A stretch of 64,000 nucleotides of DNA, taken from NCBI GenBank assembly GCA_046563655.1, contig CM102285.1, positions 8,308,001 to 8,372,000 on the forward strand, written 5' to 3'. The notes under the pieces are model-generated. The model saw nothing but the letters and a program-made list of their open reading frames with translations. It was not told the DNA's origin and ran no database searches. This document shows, piece after piece, positions 29,318 through 42,158 of the stretch. Origin of the DNA: Yuukianura sp. NJ FZ-2021 (taxonomy: Eukaryota). Every line of letters begins with the position of its first letter. The stretch's first letter is position 1. Both the position numbers and the translations under genes were made by a program.

Positions 29318-32300
29318 ATGAACAACAACGGTGGACCTCCACCGTACATTAGCTTTGGTGGAACCATGGGTTCATCGACGTTGACGCCACCGTTTCAAAA
29401 TGGATACTGGCTTCCGCCGCAGCCACCGCCGCCAATTGCGCAGTTTTCAACACTGAATATTGGCAGTTCACAACCGTCATTTCCGCCATTTGGAGGGTAA
29501 GTCATTGCTTAGTATGTTCAGCACTCAGCAGACTTTTTAAGTTTAAGTTGTTGACCTTTTCGTGTGCAATTTTGACAGATTCTACACCAATTATCCCTCC
29601 AGTCAGCAGCCTAATCAGTATACTAATTTCGTTGTCCAGCAACCCTCTGTCCAACACAATTTTGGAAGGAAGATGTCGCGTCAAGAGCAAAATTACGCAA
29701 AACCATCCCGTTTCTTTCACAATTCCGATATTCAACTAAATCCGTAAGTCCTGAAGGTCATTTCCGCTTTCACTTCTATTTCTATTGTTGTTATCGCGTT
29801 GAAGAGCAGTGTTTCCATTGTCAGACTTTGGATTGTACTGTACCTCCACGAAATGCAATTTGAAATTAATGAAGCCTGAAGAATTGAATTTGTACGTGAT
29901 CTAAAGCTTTAATTTAGATTCAATTCGTGGATCAACTTAACTTCTTATGTGCATTTCAGTAATGTGTTCTCCTTTTCCTTACTTTAAAAAAAAACTGACT
30001 TTACCAGCAAAAATTTTGTAGAGCGTTAATTGATTGCGCTGAATTGGCAACCATACTTTCATTACGACTAAAACGAAAGGAAACCTAACCTGGAACGCGG
30101 AGGTTTTGGTCGAAATCGGTTTTAAAAGGAGGCAAAAGTGTTTGATGCATAACTGCTGTCATGTAGTTTTAACCGCATCTATATTAATCACAGAGGAAAC
30201 CAGAGATTGATTTCTTATACAATTTTAAGCATTCGGCACCAATAGTTAGACAATAAATTGGAGTAGTAATCACCGCTAGCTCAACAAAACTTTAACGTTT
30301 TACTGATGATGGAATATAATTCTGTTCGAATCTTCATTCCGAAGAAGCGAATTTTAAAGACATCGTTGTAAAATAATTTGATGAGTCAGGCAATAAAATA
30401 TCAGTAAAAATGATTCGGCGCAACAGTGTGACTTCCATGTTAATTGCGACTACTGAGCTTTCTCAAATTCGTCTTTTATGCGGATTTTTTTAGGGTTTTG
30501 ATTTTTGTGCAGAATAAAAAACAATTTTTTTTTCAAAAAGTACTAGAAGTCCTGCAATTCATCGCTTATCAAAATGGATACACTGAACTCATTTTTTATC
30601 TTGCGTTTCTCTTTTTGTCGGTCGCTTTCCCACGGTTTTCAGCAAGCTTGTGTTTAAAAATAAGACTTATTACACGAGTGACAAATCTTGAAAAGCACCG
30701 CAATCCATAATCATCGTATATTTATTGTTTCAGTTCAAGGGCCGCTTCTTCCACACATGGAGAACCATTTGTCAACCCTCGGCTTCCAGCAAACCACATG
30801 GCAAATGGTCGTTTGTCAGTTTGTTCTGAATATGGAGACAGCGAAAATGGTTTGTCGCAATTCCAGGACGACGTTGTAGAAACAGGATCATCTTCTCAAG
30901 ATGGAGGCGTTTTAATTTACATTGACAACTCCAACATTTGGATCAACACTATGGAGGCGAGTGCCAAGCAACTGGGATTCAAAGGTGACATCAAGCAGGA
31001 TTTGCGCACCAGGGTCAACATTATTAAACTGCTTACACTCGCTGCCGCGGAGAGGCCCATCATCAGAGCAGTTCTTTATGGCTCCGAACCCCCGCCAATA
31101 TCCAAGTTCTGGAACAATATCAAGGAGATCAAATTCTGCAAAGTGGATGTTCAGGTACAAAAATTGTAAAAATACAAGTTATACCTAAGAAATTTTTAAA
31201 TTTTACGCTATTCTGTTCAATAGGTAACAAGACGCTCGACGTATAGCAACCGAGAACGGGAAGTGGACCAGAGCATCATGCTGGACATCGGAGTTGACCT
31301 TGTGATTCACCAGAACCACGCTAGACATGGAGGAACCATCATCATATTTACAGGAGATGGTGGGATGGTGACTGCCGTTCGAAGAGCTCTTGAATACGGC
31401 TGGAATGTCGAACTCTGGGCATATCGTAACTCTTTAGCAAAGGTTAGTCAAGATGACCTTTCTTTAGTTGACCTCAGCATTATTTTTCAAATGGGAAAGT
31501 TTAAAGTTTGGCTCTCTGCTGTTTTTTTAAATTTTAAAGGGCTACTTGGATGAAGTTGAAAAGAATGAAAAATTTAAAATTGTTTACCTGGATGACCACT
31601 TCCATGAATTCGTCTTCTACAAATTCGAGTGGAGCACTGGAATTCCACATGAGCGTTCTTGCGTTCTGACGTAAGTTTCACCAATCACCATTTTAGTTTA
31701 AAAAAATATACGAGAAAAAAGTCCGTAACTTCTGATATTTTTTTAAAAACAGATTTAGGAAAATTCCGGCTAGCTTGAAATCTAGCTTACTCGAGCTTTT
31801 TGTGAAAGCTTTTTCGCAGCTTGTAAGAATGCCAATGGCTGGACGATATTTTAATGTCACTGATGAAGACAGTTCAGAAGAAAACACGAACCAAACACAT
31901 CTCGTCATTGTATGCAGCGTTGGAAAGTTAATTCTAAAAGAAGACGCTAGAAGTGACTTTTACTGGAAATGCAAAGCAGATTCCAATAGTAATACGCCGC
32001 AACAAAATGGTTCTCATACTCACCAAAATGCAAACAGCAAAAAGAGTCACAATTCGTTCCACTTTTCTCCAGAACAATGGAATCGCGTTCCAGATATTCT
32101 GAATCTTCCATTTCTGAAAGAAGATCCAGGCGATTTCAATACTCGTGTCAAAACTGAATTTGAAGGCTTAGTAGATGATGCCATGAGAAACGTTGTGGAG
32201 TCCATAGATAATCCCAAATACGACTTCAACCAGGAGATTTACAGAAGAATCGAACAACGTATTGCAAATCCAGCTTCCGCTAATTCAATTCCTGAAACTA

Positions 32301-33000
32301 CTAATCAGATTTCAGGACCTTCAACGTCGTCGAAAAACATACCAGCGCCAACTACTGGAAACTCACTTCCGTTTAATTCTGAAGAATTGAATCCATTAAT
32401 CAAAAAGTACAAGCCGATATTACGCTCCCTGCCGCAGTTTTTACAAGACTTGAAAGTGAGTCATGAACATGCCGATTTTGATTTTGAGCCGATGACGCTG
32501 GAAGCTCAAGGAGAAGAAGATGATGGCGAAGGGAACTTCATTGTTCAAACAACCAAGAAACACAGAAGGAAATTTCAGCAGTATTCTGAGTATTGCAAAT
32601 TCTCGTTCCGATGCTCCAATGGCTTCAAGTGTACTTACAATCATACGGATAAGGAAAAAGAATTTTTCAAACTCCAACCAATGGCAAATCTCCGGAAAAC
32701 TTATAAGTTTAAGGAATGCGATCATTACGCCAACGACAAGTGCAAGTACAAGAAAGAAACTTCCTACATGTGCCCATTCTCCCACGGATATTTTTGTTTG
32801 ACGTGCAAAGTTGACGACGATGGAGGTAGGAAAAATATTAAACCCATCAAATGTCAATTTGTGTTGACTTAGATTAATCTTTTTAACTTTCTGAATATTA
32901 CTTTATTAATTCTCCGGTTCTTGTTTTAGGACACAACCCTCGAACTTGTCCAGTGCGTCCTCCGCGATCACAATCCGCTCTGGAATCACTTATAAAATAA
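29318..33000 (+). CDS. NYN (LabA/DUF88-like PIN) domain + CCCH/CCCH/CCHC zinc-finger protein, copy 1 (7 exons)
   Basis: Exons ~29318-29496, 29579-29743, 30734-31154, 31224-31443, 31540-31670, 31753-32824, 32930-33000 splice in frame. Motifs VLIYIDNSNIWI, LYGSEPP, EREVDQSI, IIIFTGDGGM..A...GWNVELW, YLDD; CKFSFRCSNGFKCTYNH; CDHYANDKCKY..MCPFSH; CLTCKVDDDGGHNPRTC. Confidence 0.88.
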
Positions 33001-33399
33001 TAGGCCTAATATTGTAACGACTACATGAATAATTAATTATCAATCGTTAATATTTTTTCTACTTACGCAATTAATTTCGCCATTTTTTCCAGAATAACTT
33101 AACTTGATTAACTTATGCAATTATAATAAATTTAATCTACCATTTTCATATTTACATCTCGATTTCTATCAATAAAGACAAACTCAAACGCTAAAATAAG
33201 CAGGGGAATACAGGCGAGGACTCTTTTTGGCTTTAATTAGTTGTGGTTGTGGAAGGTGTCTAATTTCCAATGGTTTTGAAATGATGGAGATGAACTGGTA
33301 CTGGACGGTGGACGGGACCGGTTGCCTCAGTATGCTGTGTCAGTACTATCGTTTAGCAGCAGCCACAACACAAATAAGCATCATGTTACTACATAACAA

Positions 33400-34080
33400 G
33401 GATATTTTTGTTTGACGTGCAGAGTTGACGACGATGCGGAGGTGAGTGAAGCATTAATTCGTTAAAGTCAAATTCATTCCTAATTATTTTTAGGAAATGA
33501 TTTTTTTTTGCTAATCTTCCTGTCTTTGTTTTAGGACATAATAATCATGCGTGCGACGTGTCCAGCACCTCCTGCATGATTCCATACTCTGGAATCCCGC
33601 TTCTTAAATCTGTTAACTAAAACGAGCAGTATTAAAGGATTGATGAATTATGCATCGCCGATATTTCTTCTATATACGAAATTTGCGGTCGCCATTTTCT
33701 TACCAAATTAACTTAACGTGATATTGATTCACTTCCGCAATTATAATAAAATTCAATGAAACGCTTTATTTCATTCTTGATTTCAAATCAATAAAGGCTG
33801 AACTTTAACGCTAACCAAGCGAATACATTAGAACACTTTTTGCCTGTAAGCGAAGTTATGAAACTTGTTCAATTTCCAATGGTTGTGGAGGACATGTATT
33901 GAAAAGGTGCAGTTTGCTGGGTCCGCCGTGCCCCAGGGTTAACAGCAGCGATGTCCTAAACACCATCTTACCTAGTGACCTGCATTCTAAGAACAACAAT
34001 TTGTTGTCAGTCCTGATTACGTGACTCACCGCTGCAATAGTCTCAAATTGACTCTTGACAAGTGCAACTAGCTCAGTTAG
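33400..34080 (+). pseudogene. Relic third copy of the NYN-ZnF gene 3' end (last two exons and downstream region)
   Basis: GGATATTTTTGTTTGACGTGCAGAGTTGACGACGATG (GYFCLTCRVDDD), an intron, a GH.. exon and 3' sequence paralogous to 32786-33390 and 37355-38000. Confidence 0.8.
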
Positions 34081-34594
34081 AGTGAAAAACGTAAGTGCTT
34101 ATCTTTTTCTGCACCCATTATCAGCGACCCTCAACTTGCAGTTCCCATTAAAGCATTGTACGTTTTGCATTAACCTTAGTAAAGGCAACGAATACCGAAA
34201 ACTAATACCTTAAGTGGAAACACAATCCAGCCAAAAATTCTACCCTATAACGTTTTTATTGCCGAACGCCGATCAAAGGTCACCTAGTGACAGAATCTAG
34301 GGAATTTCACAGGAGCAAACAGTTATTGAGTCATTGAGAAAAGCCCAATAATGTACTAAGCAGTATCCTTTGTCCGTCCTGGACTCCTCTGGACAGTAAT
34401 CCTACAGAGTAGCCCTAGTTGAAGATAACCATTTCCACCATTTGGAACGTAAGGCTAAATACTTTCATTTCTATTTCTAACCGAATTCAAAGAATTTGAA
34501 GAATTGCAAAGCAATTATCACGTTTTTCTTGTTTAATCACTATACTAATTTCGTTATCCAGCAACCAATTGTCCAACACAATATTCGAAGGAAG

Positions 34595-37519
34595 ATGTCA
34601 CGTCAAGACCCAAAATCTTCAAATCCTCCCCGTTTCGTTCAGAATTCCGATATTCAACAAAATCCGTAAGTCTAAAGGTCATTTTTGTTTTCATTTCTAT
34701 TCTTGGTGGTGCAGTGAGTTGCGTAGTGTCTCCATTGTAGTAGACATGCAGTACCTCGATGAAATGAAGTTTGAAATTAATGTAATATTAACGTAAGTAT
34801 GAAACGTTAGATTTGTGCGTAATTTAAGCTAAAAATTCGAACTCAATTCGCATCGCGTCATGTGCAGCTTCCTTTACAATTAAGATCAAGACTTGCCCCT
34901 GACGTTTCTAAACTGGCTTTACTAGAAAAAAATTGGTCTCATAAATAAACCGTATATGTGCAGCGTTAGCTCAACAACATGTTAACTTTCCGCTACTGCT
35001 GAATTTTACTTGGCTTAAAAATAAGTTCATGACTTCTGATCGGCAATTAAAATTTTAATTCAGCATTTGCTGGGGTGCGAATGTGAGTGGGACTTTCATG
35101 ATTGTTGAGATTTGTCAAATGAAGTCTTTCTTTTTTTTTTTTTTGGGATTTGGTTTTTTACAAAATATTCAAAAATTGAAAAATTTCTTAAATAATTACG
35201 GAGAAGTCTCAAGTAAAGTTCAACGTTTTACAACAGCGATGTCCATTTGATTTTTCTGTGGTTGGGTAGTTTTGCCCATCAATTTTGGCAAGTTTGTGCT
35301 TAAAAATAACACTAGTCACAGATCTTTGAATATGCATAGCGATGGCGCATATAACCATCCGATGTTGAACGTTTCAGCTCAAGCTCCAGGGCAGCTATTA
35401 CAAATGGAGAACTTGGCAATACACGACTTCCTACAAACGACATGTCCATCGGGGCATCTTCTCAAGATGGAGGCGTCTTAATTTACATTGACAACTCCAA
35501 CATTTGGATCAACACTATGCAGGCGAGTGCTAAGCGACTGGGATTTAAGGCTGACATCACGCAGGATTTACGCACCAGGGTCAACATTAGTAATCTGCTC
35601 AAACTCTGCGCAGCGGAGAGGCCTATCATAAGAGCAGTCCTTTATGGCTCACAACCTCCCCCAGTATCAAAATTCTGGAACAAAATCAAGGAGATCGAAT
35701 TCTGCGAAGTGGAGGTTCAGGTAATAAATTATAGCTTAGGTTATACCTTAGAAATTTTTAATATTTTACACCATTCTGTTCAATAGGTAACACGACGCTC
35801 CACTTTCAGCAACAAAGAACGCGAAGTCGACCAAAGTATCATGCTGGACATCGGAGTTGACCTTGTGATACACCAGAACCACGCTAGACATGGAGGAACC
35901 ATCATAATATTTACAGGAGATGGTGGGATGGTGAATGCGGTTCGAAAAGCTCTGGAATACGGCTGGAATGTTGAACTCTGGGCCTATCATAAAACGATGG
36001 CAAATGTTAGCGAAGATGAGCTTGACTTAACCGCATTATTTTTTCAAACGCATTTTTAACTCTGTTGAATTCTCTGACATTTTGCAGATCTACAAAGATG
36101 AAGAAACAAAGAATCAAAATTTCAAAATTGAATATTTGGAGTTCCATTTTCCTGAATTAGTCTTCTACAACTTCAAGTTGCACAAGGATGAGGCATTCCC
36201 ACCTGAGCGTTCCTGCGTTTTGTCGTAAGTTTTCTACCAATCACCAAAATTTGTTTAAAAAACGAGAATACAAATGGCGTCTACTTCGATTTGCCACATC
36301 CTGTACATAATTTACCATTGCAGTGAGACAGAGTCAGTAACTTCATTTTCTTTAAAACAGGTTTAATAAAATTCCAGCGGATCAAAAATCTAAAGTTCTG
36401 GGCAAGTTTATAAGAGCGATTACCAAGCTTGTTGGAATGCCTATGGTTGGACGTTATTGTGAAGAAGAAAGCTCAGGACAGACACATCTCGTTGTTGTAT
36501 GCAGCGTTGGAAAGCTAATTCTGAAAGAAGACACAAGGAGCGACAATTATTTGAAGCAAAAAGCAGGTCCGAGTAGTACTCCGCAACGAAAAGGCTCTCG
36601 TCACCACGAAAATGCGAACAACGAAAAGAGTCACAATTCATTTAGCTTTTCCCCAGACGAATGGAATTGTGTTCTAGATATCATGAATCCTCCTGAATTG
36701 AAACAAGATCGAGGCACAAGTACTTGTGTCAAAACTAAACTTGAACGCTTAGTAGAAGATTACATAAACACCCCGAAATATGACTTCACCAAAGATATCT
36801 ACCAATTAATCCAGGACCGTATTGCGGCGACTCTGACTCCTACTAGTTCAATTCCGCAAACTACTAATCAGAATCCAACACCATCAACCTCAACGAAGAA
36901 TGTAGTAGTTCCAACGAGTACTGGAAACTCAATTCCATCTAATTCTAAAAAATTAAATTCAGCAATCAAAGATTACAAGCCGATATTACGCTCCCTTCCT
37001 CAGTTTATACAACACTTGAAGGTGTGTCCTGTTGATCGTGCTGATTTTAAACGAACGAGGCTTGAGGCTTCAGGAGAAGATGAGGATGATAAGGTTGAAG
37101 GGAAGTACACTGTTCAAAAGAGAAAGAAAGGCACGAAGAAGTATCAAAAGTATACTGAGTCATGCAAATATTCTTTTCGATGCCGTAATGGTTGCCATTG
37201 TGCTTACGATCATCCGTATGAGGAAAAGAAATTTTTCAAACTCCAACCAAATGCGCTTCTCCGGGCAAGTTACAAGTATAAGGAATGCGATTATTACAAG
37301 AAGGATCAGTGCAGATACGCGGGAGAGTTATGGTACTTGTGCCCATATTCCCACGGATACTTTTGTTTGACCTGCAAACGTGACGACGATGGAGGTGAGG
37401 AAACGGATTGACTGCAAAAATTATTAATTAACTCTGAATTAAGTTTAGTTGTTAACTTTTACGAATTCTGTTTAGGGCACAACCCTGACACTTGTAAAGC
37501 ACCGACATCTTGTCCGTGA
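34595..37519 (+). CDS. NYN + CCCH/CCCH/CCHC protein, copy 2 (N-terminally shortened; start at 34595 or 35442)
   Basis: Same intron positions and motifs as copy 1 (IDNSN, YGSQPP, EREVDQ, TGDGG, GWNVELW, CKYSFRCRNGCHCAYDH, CLTCKRDDDGGHNPDTC); frame open after splicing; the Pro-rich first exon is decayed. Confidence 0.82.
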
Positions 37520-38966
37520 TCACAATCAGCTCCGGATTCCTGCTCATAAAATACGTAATATCAGTAATATTATAACGACTTCGACTTGTATGAATTACTA
37601 GTAAATGGCGGCGCAATTTAGGTCGCCATTCAAATTAAGTTAACTTGATTAACTTACGAAATTATAACATATTCAATGAATGTGTTCCATTTTAATTGTC
37701 AATTTCCATCAATAAATACTAAACTGACGCTAACCAGGCAAAATACATTTGAGAAGGCATTTCGCGTTAAAGTACTGAAACTTGTTCAATTTCCAATGGT
37801 TATGGAATGATGAACATGAACTGGGACTTTGAAACTGGGTGGAGTTGCCTCAGCTTGTAGGGTTTACGGGTGGCCGTTCCTTAGCAGCAGCGATATCCTA
37901 AAGCATCATTTTATTAATATAAATTGACTTCTGTGGTCACCAAATTACTGATGGCGTGACTTTACCGCTGCAGCAGTCGCAAATTGACTCTTGACAAGTA
38001 CTGCCGTAGCGGGCGCAGTTGTTGGCAATGACTCGAGGAGAGCGCATGATGCTTGGACATGGACAGCAGGACGTACCACACGGAGTACCTCAAACGAGAA
38101 AAAAAACAGTTGTTTTAGTTTACTAAGTTCAAACCGTTTATTCCCACGTCGCCCGTAAGGACTACGTTACGTTGGGACACACGAGAAGCAGTCATATTCA
38201 TTGTTTTGAACGCTAGAGAATGCAATATTTTTGAATTGTTGAATGATTACTAGACGGTGAAGTACAGCCAGCAGCACACATGACCATTTCGAAAGACAGC
38301 GGAGATGGACAGGAATCGCACTTTGGAAATCAACGAAAATTAAATTAAAAATTCTTACTTTACTGGACTTAGTTTAGTATACTTTGTTGAATTGTATTCT
38401 TACTTTATCCTGTGGCGGAAGTAGAAATTGACAACAGAAAGAGCCCGACATGATCAATTCCGGAAGTTTATGACAATTTAGAATTTGGACCTGGATGAAG
38501 ATGATTACACGCTGAAATGGTGCTAACAACTCTAAAAGCAACAATGCTTTGCGATGCGAACGCTTTGTTTATGTGGCCTTTGTGTTGATTATGTTCCACC
38601 CATGTAGCCATAGAAATACAGCCATGGCGCTTGTAGTTTTATCTTTTTAAATTGTGAAAAATATGTCCTGTGTCATTCCATAGCCCAATAGCCCAGCGAC
38701 CCGAATTTGTTTTTGTAAAGTGAAATCTATCTACAGATGACCTTGGGCTAGGATTTTTATCGCTGAATACGAATTGATTTGACTGAAATGAATTACAGGT
38801 TGTGTCGGATTCACTTTATTGTAATTACAACTCTGTTAAAAACGAAAAGGTAGGCCAGAATTGTGTTTTAGGAATATGAAAATCGTAAAAGCAAGTTTTA
38901 AAATATACTTTAGTTTGGTTAAGTAAGGTACCGATTCCAAAGTAATGGAAGACTGGAAGACATGTT

Positions 38967-41900
38967 TTACTTCAGTTCGACATAATTGGCAGGAAAGAGA
39001 CCGAGCTTCCCGTTACACTCACCACGCCACCATCCTTCATCAATCTGTTTAGATAGAGCACACTTAATGACAAATCCTTTTCTAAGATTTCCAATTTATG
39101 TAAGTAGTTACCATTTCGATATGTTTGATGACATCTCCTGGGTCAAACGAAATTTCATCGTCATCGCCTGTTAAAATAATTTGGGAGATAAGTTTTTAGT
39201 TTTTTGTATTCCTTGTTTTGAATGTTGTATGAATTGAATATGTACCTGCTTGGTAGTCGAAGACTGCTACGGCAGTAAGATCAGTTCCGGCGGATGGGGA
39301 TGCTGATGATAAAGGGTGGTCAATCACAGTGGCTCCATTCTTCTGAAGAGGAGGATTGTCGTTCCATTCGTCATCATCTCCAGGCTGATCATCATTCGAA
39401 TCTTGTCGTAACGGAAGGTGAGCCTTCATTTCGTTGGCCTTCTGTTGTAACTGTTGAACAGTAATTAACTCTTGCTCCATTCGTCGAAACTCATCCATTG
39501 CCGATTGAGCCTGAGCCTCTCGAAGCATTTCTTCGTCACGGCGTTTCTTCAATTCGGCTTCTGCAGCTTCGGCTTGCTTCCTAGCTTCTGCTTCACGCCG
39601 TAACTGTGTCTCAGCTTCTTCAGCTTCTTTCTTTTTCCGCAGTTCGGCTTCTCTACGTAACTGTGCCGCGGATTCCTCAGCCTCTCTCTGCTTTCTTACT
39701 TCGGCTTCACGTCGTTCCAGTTCTTGAGCCTTTTGCTTTATTTCGTCCTCCTCGCGCTTTCGCGCCTCAGCTCTATCTGCATCCATTTTTGCAATCTCTT
39801 CTGCTTGGTTTTGTGACGTTTCGCCAGCCTTTGTCGCTGGATGCTCGTTACCCTTGAAGTTAATACCTTGGTCTTTTGTGTTTACCGTTTCCGGTTTGGA
39901 CTCTTCATTTTGCAACTTCTTCTTTTGAGCCTCCATAAGCTTTTGTTGCTGTTCAACTTCACGTGCTTCTGCTTCCTTTCGGCGTTTCCTCTCGGCTTCG
40001 GCTTTCAACTTGGCTTCTTCTTCAGCAGATTTCGCCATGGATTCGAATTTGGCACGCAGGTCTGAAGCCTTTCGCTCAATTTTAGGTTTCTCCTTTTGAT
40101 AAACGGAACCCACTGGAGTTGGCTCGTCGTCGTCGAAACCGTGAGCAGATTTGTCGACGCGATCAGTTTCTATCCCAAACTGACCACCAAAGCCCTGCAA
40201 GAAAAAAAAGAGATCCATTTCTTGTTTTCACTCAATTATTTACAAGAATTCATAGGTCGTTGTAGTATTTAAATCTTAAAGAACCTTCTTGTACTCGGTT
40301 TGGCTTTGGTGCTTCTGCAGTTGTTCACGATGATCCCATCCAACTGCACTCTTGTCCTGGCGATCTGTCTGGACACCAAACTTTCCTCCAAATCCGGCAC
40401 TGTAATCCTTCTGGGATTCATGCTTGGTGACTTTTTCTTGGTGATCCCAGGAGAGAGCGCTTTTGTCTTGGCGATCAGTCTGCACGCCGAACTTCCCGCC
40501 AAACCCCTTCGCGTAGTCTTTTTGGGATTCGTGCTGTTCCAGTTTTTCTTGGTGGTCCCACCCGACAGCACTTTTGTCCTGTCGGTCAGTTTGAACTCCA
40601 AACTTTCCACCGAATCCTGTGGCATAGTCTTTCTGTGAGGCGTGCTTATCGACTTTTTCGTGATGATCCCAGCTGAGAGCAGTTTTGTCTTGTCGATCTG
40701 CCTGTACGCCATATTTCCCACCAAACCCCGTGGCATAGTCCTTCTGAGAACCGTGCTTCTCTAACTGTGGAATGTAGTCATTACCCAGTGCAGACTTATC
40801 CATCCTATTGCGGAAATTACAAAAATTAAAAGTATCAGCTAAAATATGTCAAGTTAAACTTAACATTGATCGGCGAGATACTAACCGATCAGTCTCTACT
40901 CCGAATTTGCCCCCATAACCAAAACCCGGCTTCGTTTCTTCAATCAATTTCTTTTTTGCCAGAGCGTCGCACGTTTCAATTTCCTCACGGAATTTTTGCA
41001 TACTACAACAAATACGGGAAAAATTTTACTCTAGTGGGCAAGCACCGATTTTTTTCAAATTTTTTTTGTGAACACCCTATGGACCCCTGATAACGAAAAT
41101 ATAATTTTTTTTGAGGGGTCTCAAAAAAAAATATTTTTTTCAAAATTTTGAAAAAAAAATTTCGAAATTTTTTTTTGTTTCCGATTTGGCTCAAAATTGG
41201 TTTTTAGACTAATTTAGGTGTGCTAAACACGAATATGAAAGAATTTTTGTTCTAGGATGTAAGACAAATAAGTTACGCAATTTCTTAAGAAATCGTACTA
41301 TGAGAAACGTAAGGGGAACTTATACCTAAAGTTTGCGTATGGGCATCAGTGATGCCATAAAACTTGGTACTGAAAGTAATAATCACTATTGTGAATCTAA
41401 CCAAACCTAACACCGCGCCTTTGGCGCGGGAAAATACAACTTGATCTAACTAGAATGAGAGTAAATAAGGCTGCCTGTTTGAACCCAACCTACCTCAGCC
41501 ACCTAACCTATCTAACCTCGTAGAAGGAATAGCTTTAAAAATTCGTAACTTTTTTGTGTTACATTTTAGAACAAAAATTATTTCTTATTCGTGTTTGGCA
41601 CACTTGAATTAGTCTAAAAACCAATTTTGAGCCAAATCGGAGACAAAAAAAAAATTCGAAATTTTTTTTTCAAAATTTCGAAAAAATATTTTTTTTTTTG
41701 AGACCCCTCAAAAAAAATTATATTTTCGTTATCAGGGGTCCATAGGGTGTTCACAAAAAAAATTTCAAGAAAATCGGTGCTTGCCCACTACTCTACACTT
41801 ATACCCAAATACACCTTGATTAGTATCAACTGAAAATTACGAATAGGATTTCGCAAATCTGGATTGTTTTCATAATTCCAAACGTACTCAATTGCACCCG

Positions 41901-42158
41901 TATCTCTCCCGGATCCCTCAACAGTTTTTGAACCCCAGCGTTGTTCCTGTTCGGAGACATCGTTGATAAAATCTGGATCGGTTTCCCAGTCGTCGTTGTC
42001 CGCATTTGTACTTATTGGGGTCACGCCTTAAGAAAAATTACGATAAATTATAAAAACTTTGTGGCGTCACATAATCTCGCACCGATTACAAAAAATAAAA
42101 ATATTTGACGTTCAATCGAACTCAAATTCTTCTGCTTACCTATTGTTGACTTCCACAT
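38967..42158 (-). CDS. CTTN: Cortactin (multi-exon)
   Basis: MWKS.., [30 protein letters not shown] motif, about 5.5 HS1/cortactin repeats ([17 protein letters not shown]), coiled coil, SH3 ([34 protein letters not shown]). Confidence 0.97.
41034..41788. mobile_element. Long-TIR MITE in cortactin intron
   Basis: ~250-bp inverted arms (GTGGGCAAGCACCGATTTT ... AAAATCGGTGCTTGCCCAC), flanked by direct repeat TACTCTA; the boundary is ambiguous, so the TSD could be 3, 5 or 7 bp. Confidence 0.93.

Noticed and set aside
40276..40803. 111-bp tandem DNA repeats
   Set aside because: These are the coding HS1/cortactin repeats.
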